DNA of 64,000 nucleotides, taken from the NCBI GenBank assembly GCA_963662515.1, contig OY759675.1, positions 1,733,473 to 1,797,472 of the forward strand. The letters run 5' to 3'. This DNA is from Sedimentisphaerales bacterium. GTDB taxonomy: Bacteria; Planctomycetota; Phycisphaerae; Sedimentisphaerales; SM23-30. A program made the translations under genes and the position numbers. The first letter of the stretch is position 1; the number at the start of each line of letters is the position of its first letter. The notes beneath the pieces are model-generated. The model had not been told where the DNA came from and made no database searches. It was given only the letters and a program-made list of their open reading frames with translations. This document shows positions 1 through 9,529 of this stretch, one piece after another.

Positions 1-657
1 CTGATTGCATTTTTTGAAAAGTGCAGCGCCGACAGAAATGTCTCCTGAACCACCCACTATTGCGTTATTGGGATAAACGCCAAAAGGAGGAAAGAAAGCG
101 TGCATCGAGCCGCCCATGCCCTTATTAAAGCCGTTTTCCCGGCCGAATATTTCAGCTAGTGTACCATAGAGCAAAAAGTCGATTGCGAGATCTTTTACAC
201 CGCCTTTCGCATCTTTTTCAACGACTCTGAGACAAGTGCCGCCAAAGTAGTTCTCCATAATGCTCATAAGTGTCTTATCATCGAGCTTTTGGATAGCCGA
301 CAGGCTTTTGGCTAATATTTCACTGTGGCTGCGATGGCTGCCATATATATGGTCTTCAACGCTCAGGTGGTATGCCTGGCCGACCGCGGCGGATTCCTGT
401 CCGATAGACAAGTGTGCCGGTCCTTTATGATTGTATTCAATTCCCTTGAATGCTCCTCTGAGTTTGATTTCATTCAGCATGTTCTCAAAAGTGCGGCAAT
501 AGGTCATGTCGCGTTGGATTCTGACCATGTCGTCAGGGCTGTAGCGTTTAAGTTCTTGTTTGACGGTTTTATTGTACTGATTTACAGCAATGGGCGTGAA
601 TTCCAGTGTGGAACTCATTCTGGCCTGATTAGGGCAGATATTGATTGATTTTGGCAT
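1..657 (-). CDS. TPP-dependent 2-oxoacid (pyruvate/acetoin-type) dehydrogenase E1 alpha subunit; first 219 codons, continues past the left edge
   Basis: This ORF is absent from the ORF track because it runs off the window. My reverse-complement translation from the ATG at 657-655 is open for all 219 codons: [118 protein letters not shown]...[13 protein letters not shown]...[16 protein letters not shown]. The HLSxGQE, GSHRxH and GxGGSMH blocks are E1-alpha signatures. ORF 325..648(+) is its antisense shadow. Confidence 0.85.
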   Translation of the reverse strand, partial: MPKSINICPNQARMSSTLEFTPIAVNQYNKTVKQELKRYSPDDMVRIQRDMTYCRTFENMLNEIKLRGAFKGIEYNHKGPAHLSIGQESAAVGQAYHLSVEDHIYGSHRSHSEILAKSLSAIQKLDDKTLMSIMENYFGGTCLRVVEKDAKGGVKDLAIDFLLYGTLAEIFGRENGFNKGMGGSMHAFFPPFGVYPNNAIVGGSGDISVGAALFKKCNQ

Positions 658-690
658 GACCTCTATCTCTCCTGTGGGTTATCCTGTTAG

Positions 691-1488
691 TTATTTGCTA
701 TCAGCCGGGATTTGTTGCGGTGTGAAATTGCCCGGATGAATTACGGTGACATTGTTATCTCTAAAGAATTTGCACCATTCTTCAGAGGGTGCTTTATCGG
801 TAATTATGGTGGAAATGGTGTTAAACCCTGCGATCTTGTAAAGTGAAGGTTGGTCGAATTTGCTGCTGTCAGCTATCAGAACACAATCCTTGGCGTTCCG
901 GGCAACTATGCTCAGCAAGTGAGCACTTTCAATGTCAACTGATGTTAGACCAAAATCCATACTGATGCCATCACTGCCCAGAAAGGCACGATAGCCGCGT
1001 AGGCGTTCCAGTGACTCAAAGGCCATGGGCCCAACTGTGTCCATGCGGTCAGGCCGATATTGTCCGCCCAGTATTAAGACATTAAGGCCGGGTGTTCGCA
1101 GCTCCTGGGCTGTCCGTACCGAATTTAATATGATAGTAACGCTTCGTTTGGCACGCAGGTGGCCAGTCATTTGAAAGCAGGTAGTGCCCGAATCCAGAAA
1201 TATCTGGTCGCCATCATTGATCATATCGGCGGCCATCATAGCTATAGTGTTTTTGGCATCAACATTTCGCAGCGACTTTGATATGAATGAATAGTCTGAA
1301 TTGAATATAACCCTGGCACCGCCGTGAGTAAGCTCAATATGGCCATCAGCGGCCAGACCTTGCAGGTCCCGTCGGATAGTTGCTTCTGATACGCCAATTG
1401 CCTCAGCCAGAGTTTTTACCAGGACATGTCCGTTACGATATGCAATTGTCAGTATTTCTTCGCGTCTTTTCTGAATCGTCTGGATCAT
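691..1488 (-). CDS. DeoR/GlpR-family transcriptional regulator
   Basis: It has an N-terminal DeoR HTH (ILTIAYRNGHVLVKTLAEAIGVSEATIRRDLQGL) and a C-terminal DeoR sugar-phosphate-binding domain (FLDSGTT, LGSDGIS). The stop lies 34 nt upstream of the E1-alpha ATG, and the gene is divergent from the E2 gene. Confidence 0.9.
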   Translation of the reverse strand: MIQTIQKRREEILTIAYRNGHVLVKTLAEAIGVSEATIRRDLQGLAADGHIELTHGGARVIFNSDYSFISKSLRNVDAKNTIAMMAADMINDGDQIFLDSGTTCFQMTGHLRAKRSVTIILNSVRTAQELRTPGLNVLILGGQYRPDRMDTVGPMAFESLERLRGYRAFLGSDGISMDFGLTSVDIESAHLLSIVARNAKDCVLIADSSKFDQPSLYKIAGFNTISTIITDKAPSEEWCKFFRDNNVTVIHPGNFTPQQIPADSK

Positions 1489-1650
1489 AATACAATATTC
1501 CTTCCTTCATGTTTCATGTTTTACAATTGAATCATATCTAAAAATGATCGTCAATGCAATAATAAATTGCAATAATTTGCTTGAATTATGATTGATTATG
1601 TAATATTATTGTTGATGTGATAAAGAACAAATAGGAAGACAGGATTGGAA

Positions 1651-3156
1651 ATGTATAATATATTAGTACCGAAGTCAAAGGTTAAAGCGACTCAAGTGAT
1701 TGTAAATTCATGGCTTAAGTCTTCAGGGGTAGTAACTGCCAATGAAGTTGTCTGTCAGGTGCAAGTTGGTCAGGAAGTGTTTGAAATTCAATCACCGATA
1801 GATGGGATAATTGAAAGTGTATTGGTTCCGGCTGGTTTTGTTGCTGGAATTGATGAGCCGCTGGCGGTTATTTCTCCGAATGTAGCCGAAGCGGAAGTTG
1901 GTCAAGAAGACGAAGATTCAAAGCGAGCAGGGGGTAAGCAGATGGGTAGTGGCAAAAATGCTGAGATGTCTGAATCTGGCGATGTAACGGTTATTATCAT
2001 GCCCCAAGCCGGGCAGTCAATGGAAGAAGGCACTGTGGTTGCCTGGAAAGTGGCTGTGGGCGATCGTATTGAAGTTGGTCAGGTGATATTTGAAATAGAG
2101 ACAGATAAAGCTGTGATGGAGGTTGAAGCGGTCAATGCCGGTCGGATAGCTAAAATCGTGGCACAGGTTGGTGATATTGTTGAAGTTAAAAAGCCAGTTG
2201 CCTATCTGGCCGAGGAAGGCGTTGATGTTGATGCTTTTATTGCCGCCCAGAATGACGATCCGGCACAAAAGTCGCCCGTTTCAGAAATGACAACAATAAT
2301 GCCATCTGCCAGTCAGTCAGCGGTAAAAGCACCTTCTGCTGTCAGTGATTCAGGTCGGGTAAAGGCCTCGCCTGCTGCACGCAAAGCGGCAAATGATAAG
2401 GGTATTGATCTGTCATCGCTTGGCTGTGGTTCCGGACCGGGGGGGCGTATCCTTTCTACTGATGTTGAAAGTGCCCAGTTTACCACAAAAGAGCCAAGGA
2501 CTTATCCCACAACAAAAATGCGCCGGGCTATTGCCAAAAATCTGCAATATTCCAAACAGACGGTTCCGCATTTTTATGTCCGAGCTACTATTGATGCCCA
2601 AAACCTGTTCAATACCTATAAGGCCACTAAAGAGCAGTTTAAGTGTAGCGTTAATGATTTCATTGTTCTGGCAGTTGCCCGTTCGATTAAGCAATACCCG
2701 GCATTCCGCAGTCAATATCGCGATACTGAAATAATGGAAATGCCCAATGCTAACATTGGCATAGCTGTTGGTACTGACGATGGATTGACTGTTCCTGTTG
2801 TGCTGGCTGCTGAAACTATGTCTCTTGAGCAGCTGGCTCGGCGTACCCGCGAAGTGGTCGATTCTGCCCGAACAGGCAAACTTGAAGGTGTGGGTCAGGG
2901 TGTATTTACTATTACTAATCTGGGAATGTTTGGCACGGAAGAATTTTCTGCTATAATTAACCCTTCAGAATCTGGTATTCTGGCTGTTGGAGCAATTCGA
3001 GAGGGGGTTAAGGCTGAAAACGGAGCTATAAAGGCAACCAGGCTTATGACTATGACCCTTAGTGCTGACCATCGTGTTGTTGATGGTGTGGTCGCTGCTC
3101 AGTTTATGCAGACTTTGGGTAAAATGCTCGAAAATCCGCAGGAGTTAATTGGCTAG
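1651..3156 (+). CDS. Dihydrolipoamide acyltransferase (E2) of a 2-oxoacid/acetoin dehydrogenase complex
   Basis: It has two lipoyl-type domains; the second carries the canonical EIETDKAVMEVEA. It also has a peripheral-subunit-binding domain (RVKASPAARKAANDKGIDLSSL) and a catalytic domain with SADHRVVDG. I prefer the ATG at 1651 over the TTG at 1645 used by the ORF track. Confidence 0.9.
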   Translation: MYNILVPKSKVKATQVIVNSWLKSSGVVTANEVVCQVQVGQEVFEIQSPIDGIIESVLVPAGFVAGIDEPLAVISPNVAEAEVGQEDEDSKRAGGKQMGSGKNAEMSESGDVTVIIMPQAGQSMEEGTVVAWKVAVGDRIEVGQVIFEIETDKAVMEVEAVNAGRIAKIVAQVGDIVEVKKPVAYLAEEGVDVDAFIAAQNDDPAQKSPVSEMTTIMPSASQSAVKAPSAVSDSGRVKASPAARKAANDKGIDLSSLGCGSGPGGRILSTDVESAQFTTKEPRTYPTTKMRRAIAKNLQYSKQTVPHFYVRATIDAQNLFNTYKATKEQFKCSVNDFIVLAVARSIKQYPAFRSQYRDTEIMEMPNANIGIAVGTDDGLTVPVVLAAETMSLEQLARRTREVVDSARTGKLEGVGQGVFTITNLGMFGTEEFSAIINPSESGILAVGAIREGVKAENGAIKATRLMTMTLSADHRVVDGVVAAQFMQTLGKMLENPQELIG

Positions 3157-3221
3157 AAATTTGGATTTAGTATTTGGAATTTGATTATCAAACATCCGGG
3201 TACATTTATTAAGGAAAGATC

Positions 3222-4649
3222 ATGTCAGAACAATTTGATATTGCAGTGCTTGGTGCCGGGCCGGGCGGCTATGTTGCCGCTCTGAAGGCTGCTTCTATGG
3301 GGGCAAGGGTTGCACTGGTAGAAAAGGGGCATTTTGGCGGAACATGCCTGAATTATGGCTGCATTCCATCTAAGGCTTTACTTGCCTCTGCCGAACTGCT
3401 GCATAAGATACATGATGCCGCTGAGTTGGGTATTACCATTAGTGGTGAAGTAAATTTCGATTGGACAAAGATCCAGAAACGCAAGGATAAGGTGTTAGCC
3501 AAACTTCGCGGCGGAATTAAGGGACTGCTCAAGGCCAGAGAAGTGAAGGTTTATGCCGGGCGGGCAAAACTTGATGGCCCGGGCAAGGTTATTGTTTCTG
3601 ATGACAAGGGCAATGTTGAATCATTTACTGCCAGTAAGATAATAATTGCTACAGGTTCAGTCCCTTCAGTAATTTCGGGCTGGCCAACAGATACGAACTA
3701 TGTCTGCACTTCCGACCAGGCTCTGCATTGGGATAAATTACCGCAAAGTCTGCTGATCGTTGGTGGTGGTGTTATCGGTTGTGAATTTGCCTGCATGATG
3801 CATGAATATGGAGTGAAAGTTACAGTTGTCGAGCTGTTGGATAATCTGATCCCGGAAATGGAAACAGCCTTAGGCGAGGCCCTGGCAGGTGCTTTTGTTA
3901 AACGGGGCATTACCATTCGTACCGGAGTGAAAGTTGATAGTATGGCAGTGAATGATGGTGGTGTGGAAGCCATTATAAATGGTGAAGCTGCCAGATTTGA
4001 TAAAGTGCTGGTTTCTACTGGACGCAGGCCAAATACTGCTGATCTGGGGCTCGAGACTGTTGGGCTGAATACTGACCGTGGTTTTATTCGTGTGAATGAT
4101 AATATGGAAACCTCGGTACCTGGCTATTATTGCATTGGTGATGCAAATGGCCGCTGTTTGCTGGCCCACGCCGCGAGCAGTCATGCTGTGACGGCGGTTG
4201 AAAACGCTCTGGGACATAACAATACCAGCGTATTGCCTATACCATCGGCTGTCTATACATTCCCAGAAGTAGCTTCTGTTGGTCTGACCAGTAAGCAGGC
4301 AGGCAGGCAGGGGATACCTGTCGTAATAGGAGAATTTCCAATTGGAGCTTTGGGCAAGGCTATGGCTGTGGGTGAAGATTTTGGCTTTGTGCGGGTTATA
4401 AGCCACAAAGAAACCGGGTTATTGCTAGGTGTTCACATTATTGGCCATAATGCCACAGAAATAATCGAAAGTGCCGCAGCTATGCTGACGCTTAAGGCTG
4501 ATACTGGCAGGCTTGCTGAGATGATCTTTGCTCATCCAACTATTTCTGAGGCAGTGAAAGAGGCTGCCGAAGATGTATTTGGCCACGCTCTGCATTTACC
4601 GCCGAAAAAGATTACTAAGATAGTTGCTGAAATAGAAGAGAAGAAATGA
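3222..4649 (+). CDS. lpdA: Dihydrolipoyl dehydrogenase (E3)
   Basis: Motifs seen are FAD-binding GAGPGGYVAA, the redox-active disulfide GGTCLNYGCIPSK, NAD-binding VGGGVIGCEFA and the C-terminal interface motif AHPTISEA. Confidence 0.93.
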   Translation: MSEQFDIAVLGAGPGGYVAALKAASMGARVALVEKGHFGGTCLNYGCIPSKALLASAELLHKIHDAAELGITISGEVNFDWTKIQKRKDKVLAKLRGGIKGLLKAREVKVYAGRAKLDGPGKVIVSDDKGNVESFTASKIIIATGSVPSVISGWPTDTNYVCTSDQALHWDKLPQSLLIVGGGVIGCEFACMMHEYGVKVTVVELLDNLIPEMETALGEALAGAFVKRGITIRTGVKVDSMAVNDGGVEAIINGEAARFDKVLVSTGRRPNTADLGLETVGLNTDRGFIRVNDNMETSVPGYYCIGDANGRCLLAHAASSHAVTAVENALGHNNTSVLPIPSAVYTFPEVASVGLTSKQAGRQGIPVVIGEFPIGALGKAMAVGEDFGFVRVISHKETGLLLGVHIIGHNATEIIESAAAMLTLKADTGRLAEMIFAHPTISEAVKEAAEDVFGHALHLPPKKITKIVAEIEEKK

Positions 4650-4650
4650 A

Positions 4651-5697
4651 ATGGTAAGTGAAAATATAAAATATAACAGTCATATACATCTGCCGCCAAA
4701 CTTTTCGGCTTTTAGTAATGTTGCCCAGGCCGTTGAAATGGCCGCAGCTGAGGGTATTAAAGCTCTTGGAGCTGGTAATTATTATGATTTCAGCGTATAT
4801 GATGAGTTTGCGGTATTATGTCAGAAGCGGGGTATTACCCCGATCTTTGGCACCGAGATAATTGCCCTGGAACCGGAAATGCAAAAAGCGGGTATTCGGG
4901 TGAACGACCCGGCTAATCCCGGGAAATATTATATCTGCGGCAAGGCTCTGACCCGATATAAAGATCTTACACCAAGAGCCAGAGAGCTGTCTGATCAGAT
5001 CCGTAATAATGACACAATTCGTATGCGGGAGATGACTGCAAAACTCGCTGAAGTGTTTAAAAAAGCTGGTATTGATACCGCACTGGATGATAACGCGATA
5101 ATTTCCAGAATATGCGACCGGCATAACTGCCCGGCGGCCAGTGTTACCCTGCAGGAAAGACATCTTGCACAGGCCTTTCAAGAGGTGTTATTTGAGCTGG
5201 TTTCGCCCGATCTGCGAGCAGCTGCCCTGAAGGCAATTTTTGGCTGTGAATCCAAGGCGGTCGATAACCCGGTGGGCTTGCAAAATGAGATCCGTTCTTA
5301 TCTGATGAAGGTGGGTAAGAGCTGTTATGTACCCGAGTCATTTGTCAATCTGGCACAGGCCAAAGAGCTGATCAGGGAACTTGGTGGAATAGCCTGTTAT
5401 CCGGTATTGGCCGATGGTGCATCATCGTTTTGTGAATATGAAACACCATTAGAAAGGTTTATAGATACTCTGAAGGCTGAAGAATATGAAATGGTAGAAT
5501 TTATACCTTTACGAAACAGCCCTGAAGTACTTACCGAGTATGTAACTGCCATAGATAAGGCCGGGATCGCTGTGGTTGCCGGTACAGAGCATAATACGCT
5601 CGATCTGGTGCAGCTGGTGCCGACCTGTGCTAAAGGCCAGCCTGTTCCGGATAAAGTGGCGGACATATTTCAGCAGGGGTTGAAAATGCTTATGTAG
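4651..5697 (+). CDS. PHP-like (polymerase/histidinol-phosphatase fold) metal-dependent hydrolase-like protein, function unknown
   Basis: An N-terminal NSHIHLPPNFSAF and a C-terminal AGTEHNT resemble the first and last metal-ligand motifs of PHP/amidohydrolase-like folds. The ATG lies 1 nt after the E3 stop (TGAAATG), which suggests translational coupling. Confidence 0.4.
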   Translation: MVSENIKYNSHIHLPPNFSAFSNVAQAVEMAAAEGIKALGAGNYYDFSVYDEFAVLCQKRGITPIFGTEIIALEPEMQKAGIRVNDPANPGKYYICGKALTRYKDLTPRARELSDQIRNNDTIRMREMTAKLAEVFKKAGIDTALDDNAIISRICDRHNCPAASVTLQERHLAQAFQEVLFELVSPDLRAAALKAIFGCESKAVDNPVGLQNEIRSYLMKVGKSCYVPESFVNLAQAKELIRELGGIACYPVLADGASSFCEYETPLERFIDTLKAEEYEMVEFIPLRNSPEVLTEYVTAIDKAGIAVVAGTEHNTLDLVQLVPTCAKGQPVPDKVADIFQQGLKMLM

Positions 5698-5789
5698 CTC
5701 GACTGTCTCTGCGGAGATCGATAAGACCGGGTAATAGTAAGTTGGAATGCGTAGTTGTCGCAAGTGAAATTAAAAAGTTGGAATGAATT

Positions 5790-5829
5790 GAATCTCAAGC
5801 CCCGATAGATCGGGACTGATTGAGCTACC
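5790..5829 (-). repeat. Solo copy of the hairpin core of repeat module R1
   Basis: GAATCTCAAG-CCCGATAGATCGGG-ACTGAT-TGAGCTACC has the same frame (GAATCTCAAG ... TTGAGCTACC around a CCCGA..TCGGG hairpin) as 21115-21175. Confidence 0.55.
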
Positions 5830-5842
5830 TTAGGAATTAGAT

Positions 5843-6913
5843 ATGATAAACAGAATAGCCCCGGTCTTGCGGATGTTGGCCGGTATTAATAATCGATATC
5901 CGCTGATATGTTATCGCCAGAGTGAGATAAAAAACTCGGTAGTTGTCGATCTCTCATCTGAGATGACTGATGCACAGATAATGGCGGCTTGTGCGGCTGT
6001 TATTAAATCATGTGATGCTACTATTAAGGCTGTTAATGTGCCGGGTATTGGCTGTTTTGAAATAGTGCCCTGCCCGACAGAACAAACCGGGCGGGTTGCC
6101 GGCAAAATAGCAGTAGTTACCGGTGCAGCTCAGGGTTTTGGCCTGGAAATAGCTCATGATCTTGCCGCACAGGGAGCTTTCGTTGCACTTGCAGATGTTA
6201 ATGAATCTGCTGCAATTGCGGCTGCTACTGGAATTTGTGCTGAATATGGCCCCAATCGTGCTATGGCTCTGGCGATGAATGTTACCAGTCTGGCATCGAT
6301 AAAATCAGCTCTTGATAAAGTGGTTTGCGTTTACGGCGGTCTGGATATTTTTATATCTAATGCCGGAGTACTCAAGGCTGAGAGTGTAAAGACTCAGTCG
6401 GAAAAGGACTTCGACTTTGTTACCGCTGTTAATTACAAAGGATACTTCCTTTGCGTACAGGCAGTGGCCGGTCTGCTGGCTTTGCAGCATCAGGCATCCC
6501 CGGCTTATACCAGTGATATTATCCAGATAAATTCCAAATCCGGGCTGGTCGGCTCTAATAAGAATGCCGCCTATGCCGGCAGTAAATTTGGCGGAATTGG
6601 CCTTACCCAATCGTTTGCTCTGGAACTCATAACTGATGGCATAAAAGTTAATTCCATCTGTCCTGGTAATTTCTTTGATGGGCCGCTCTGGTCGAACCCG
6701 GAAAATGGTCTCTTTGTGCAGTATCTGCGTACCGGTAAGATACCCGGCGCCAAAACCATAGATGATGTAAAGAAAGCCTACGAAGCCAAGGTGCCTATGG
6801 GACGCGGCTGTACTACCGCCGATGTCATGAAAGCGATTTATTATCTCGTTGACCAGCAATATGAAACCGGTCAGGCATTGCCAGTTACCGGTGGTCAGGA
6901 AATGTTGCATTAA
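5843..6913 (+). CDS. Short-chain dehydrogenase/reductase (sorbitol-6-P-dehydrogenase-like / RhaEW C-terminal-like)
   Basis: It has the Rossmann motif GKIAVVTGAAQGFG and the catalytic YAGSKFGG (Tyr-x3-Lys). About 95 residues precede the Rossmann motif, so the true start is uncertain; an alternative ATG is at 5963. Confidence 0.8.
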   Translation: MINRIAPVLRMLAGINNRYPLICYRQSEIKNSVVVDLSSEMTDAQIMAACAAVIKSCDATIKAVNVPGIGCFEIVPCPTEQTGRVAGKIAVVTGAAQGFGLEIAHDLAAQGAFVALADVNESAAIAAATGICAEYGPNRAMALAMNVTSLASIKSALDKVVCVYGGLDIFISNAGVLKAESVKTQSEKDFDFVTAVNYKGYFLCVQAVAGLLALQHQASPAYTSDIIQINSKSGLVGSNKNAAYAGSKFGGIGLTQSFALELITDGIKVNSICPGNFFDGPLWSNPENGLFVQYLRTGKIPGAKTIDDVKKAYEAKVPMGRGCTTADVMKAIYYLVDQQYETGQALPVTGGQEMLH

Positions 6914-6988
6914 GAATAACTCTCCCCGCCTGTCAGTAAGAAAGTGTAAGATTTCGAGCTGTAATAGAGAACTTAAAAGGATAGATAA

Positions 6989-8665
6989 ATGAATAAGAAT
7001 ATACCAAGTAGCCAAACCGCTGTGCAGCTTACCGGGCCTGATACCCTTGAGCTTAATACTGCAAAGGCTGTAATCAGCCCTGGCCCTCATCAGATATTAC
7101 TCAATATAAAGGCAGTAGGTTTGTGCTTTTCGGATCTGAAACTGCTCAAACAGTTTAATTCGCACCCGCGCAAAGGGCCTGTCCTTTCCGGAATCGACAG
7201 CAATGCTCTACGAGAGATACCCAGCTATCAACCCGGCCTTAAACCGACAGTTCCGGGCCATGAGGCCTTTGGCGAGATAATTGCGGTGGGAGATAAGGTC
7301 ACTCACCACAAGGTTGGCGAAAAGGTGCTGGTACAGGCCGATTATCGCTGGCTGCCGACTGATGGTTCTAATGCTGCTTTTGGCTATAATATCGAAGGCG
7401 GCCTGCAGAGTTATGTCATACTTGATGAAAGGGTGATAATCGACCCAGTGAGCGGCGAAAGCTGTCTTATTCCGGTTGATAATGACAAGTTGAGCTATTC
7501 ATCTGTCGCCCTGGTAGAGCCATGGGCTTGTGTGGAAAGTTCGTTTTTAACTGTCGAACGACAGCATGTCAGGTGCGGCGGCCGTCTGCTGATAGTTGTT
7601 GCTGATGACCGGGAAATAAAGGGCATTGAAGAATCCTTTGCCCCGGAAGGCAGCCCGGCGGAAACTGTTGTTGTCTGTTCTGGTAGCGATATTGTGCATT
7701 CTGACCTGAGCTATGCCCTCAAGGTTGAAAAGGTCGAAGCCCTCGCTGATGAGTCTTTTGATGATATAATATATTTCGGTCATGATGCTGCCGCGATCAA
7801 TATACTCAATGATAAACTGGCTCCGGGCGGTATTATCAATATTGTTCTCAATGGTTCAACTATTGGCAGGGATATATCAGTTGGTGTAGGGCGGGTGCAT
7901 TATGGTATGACTCGCTGGATCGGTACTGTAAGCGATAATGCCGCCGATAGTTATAAAAATATTCCGGTAAGCGGCGAGATTCGGCCGGGAGATAATGCAT
8001 TGATTATTGGTGCAGCCGGGCCGATGGGGCAGATGCATACTATTCGCCTGCTAAGCTGCGGTGTGCCGGGTATATCTGTTACCGGTACTGATTTTGATGA
8101 TGAGCGTCTGGCCTCACTGGCGGCCAAGGCCAATGAACTCTCGGAGCGGCGTGGAGTTAAATTTGAACTGGTCAATCCCGAAACCAAGCCGCTTACAGGT
8201 GCTCAGTTTTCTTATATCGATATTATGGCACCGGTGGGAGCGGTGGTGGCACAGGCTGTTAAAGATGCAGCTCCCGGGGCGATCATTAATATCTTTGCCG
8301 GCATACCAGCAACGGTCAGGCAGGATATTAATATGGACATATATATCCGAAATCGCTGTTTTATGTTTGGTACCAGCGGCTCGCGGGTTTCAGATATGAT
8401 GATCGTACTGGGTAAGGTGCTGACCGGTCAGCTTGATACTGATAGTTCAGTTGATGCGGTTTCTGGTATGTCCGGAGCAATAGATGGAATTCGAGCAGTT
8501 GAAAATCGTATTCTTTCTGGTAAAATAATAGTGTATCCACAGTTACACGATATGCCTTTGACAACTTTGGCTCAGCTAAAAGAAAAACACCCCAGTGTTT
8601 ATGCCAGACTTGACAAGGGCATCTGGACCAAAGCCGCCGAGGCGGAATTACTCAAGGAGATATAA
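6989..8665 (+). CDS. Zinc-type medium-chain dehydrogenase/reductase (MDR) superfamily protein, atypically long (558 aa)
   Basis: The GroES-like N-domain has zinc-ligand contexts GLCFSD and PGHEAFGEIIAVG. A clear dinucleotide motif (IIGAAGPMGQMH) appears only after about 340 residues. A good RBS (AAAGGA) precedes the ATG. Confidence 0.75.
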   Translation: MNKNIPSSQTAVQLTGPDTLELNTAKAVISPGPHQILLNIKAVGLCFSDLKLLKQFNSHPRKGPVLSGIDSNALREIPSYQPGLKPTVPGHEAFGEIIAVGDKVTHHKVGEKVLVQADYRWLPTDGSNAAFGYNIEGGLQSYVILDERVIIDPVSGESCLIPVDNDKLSYSSVALVEPWACVESSFLTVERQHVRCGGRLLIVVADDREIKGIEESFAPEGSPAETVVVCSGSDIVHSDLSYALKVEKVEALADESFDDIIYFGHDAAAINILNDKLAPGGIINIVLNGSTIGRDISVGVGRVHYGMTRWIGTVSDNAADSYKNIPVSGEIRPGDNALIIGAAGPMGQMHTIRLLSCGVPGISVTGTDFDDERLASLAAKANELSERRGVKFELVNPETKPLTGAQFSYIDIMAPVGAVVAQAVKDAAPGAIINIFAGIPATVRQDINMDIYIRNRCFMFGTSGSRVSDMMIVLGKVLTGQLDTDSSVDAVSGMSGAIDGIRAVENRILSGKIIVYPQLHDMPLTTLAQLKEKHPSVYARLDKGIWTKAAEAELLKEI

Positions 8666-9394
8666 TTGACTGATCTGTTGCAGGATAATGTTGCTCTGGT
8701 TACCGGAGCAGGGCGTGGTATAGGCCGTGAAATAGCTCTGGCATTGGCTGGTGAAGGTGCTACTGTTATTCTTACAGCTCGCACTCAGACTGATCTTGAG
8801 GAAACCGCTGTTATGGTCCAGGCAGCAGGTGGTAAAGCACTTTCTCTTATAATAGATGCAGCCAGACTCGATTCGCTGCAAACCCTGATAGATTATGTAA
8901 ATACAAAAGTAGGAAGATTGGATATTCTGGTGAATAATGCGGGCAGTATATGTATAGCACCGTTAAAAGAAACTGATAATGAAAGCTATCAGCGGGTGAT
9001 GGATGTTAATGCTCGTGCTCCTTATATTTTATGCCGGGATTTATTGCCATTATTAGAAAAATCACCCGGTGGCTATATTATCAATATAGCATCTGTGCTT
9101 GCTGTCAAAGGCTACGCAATGCAAAGTGCTTATACTGCCAGCAAACACGCTTTGCGTGGCATGTCTATGGCTTTGGCTGAAGAATTGCGTGATACTGACA
9201 TACGCGTCCATGTTATCTGTCCCGGAGCTACTGCCACTGAGATGGTACTTAACGCTCGACCTGATATCCCTGTTGAAGACCTTATTGCGCCAGCTGAAAT
9301 AGCTGAACTGATCCATTATCTGGTAACCCATAAAGGTAATGCCATGATGGATGAGTTGCATATAAGAAGAAAATCGTCAGCTCCGTGGTATTAG
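8666..9394 (+). CDS. Short-chain dehydrogenase/reductase (classical SDR, FabG-like)
   Basis: Motifs are TGAGRGIGREIA, NNAG and YTASKHALRG. The TTG start directly abuts the TAA stop of the MDR gene. Confidence 0.85.
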   Translation: MTDLLQDNVALVTGAGRGIGREIALALAGEGATVILTARTQTDLEETAVMVQAAGGKALSLIIDAARLDSLQTLIDYVNTKVGRLDILVNNAGSICIAPLKETDNESYQRVMDVNARAPYILCRDLLPLLEKSPGGYIINIASVLAVKGYAMQSAYTASKHALRGMSMALAEELRDTDIRVHVICPGATATEMVLNARPDIPVEDLIAPAEIAELIHYLVTHKGNAMMDELHIRRKSSAPWY

Positions 9395-9529
9395 GCCTTA
9401 CTTTCTTAAACAGGTTCAGGACAGGCCGGGCGGAAATGGAATGATTGATCTTATAAATATAACCGATTTGTTTGTGATGCTTATTAAACAAGATAAATAC
9501 AAAACTTGTAATTAATACGAGAAAAAATA

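Noticed and set aside
325-648. A 107-aa + strand ORF
   Set aside because: It is the antisense shadow of the clearly recognisable E1-alpha gene on the minus strand (1..657).
3157-3221. AATTTGGATTTAGTATTTGGAATTTGATT in the E2-E3 spacer, which resembles the 21-bp unit and the AATTTGGATTTA at 20811
   Set aside because: The shared string is short and AT-rich, chance similarity is likely in AT-leaning DNA, and there is no repeat structure around it.
6305-7090. A 261-aa minus-strand ORF, along with similar long antisense ORFs (9641..10504-, 10693..11202+, 14299..14925-, 15856..16437-, 18668..19249-, 27348..27944-, 31628..32395-, 46401..46994-, 53732..54394+, 58578..59198+, 61218..61676-, 62987..63655+)
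   Set aside because: Each lies antisense to a gene with strong family motifs. Their translations are low-complexity or Ser/Leu/Ile-rich with no recognisable domain, which is typical of shadow ORFs.
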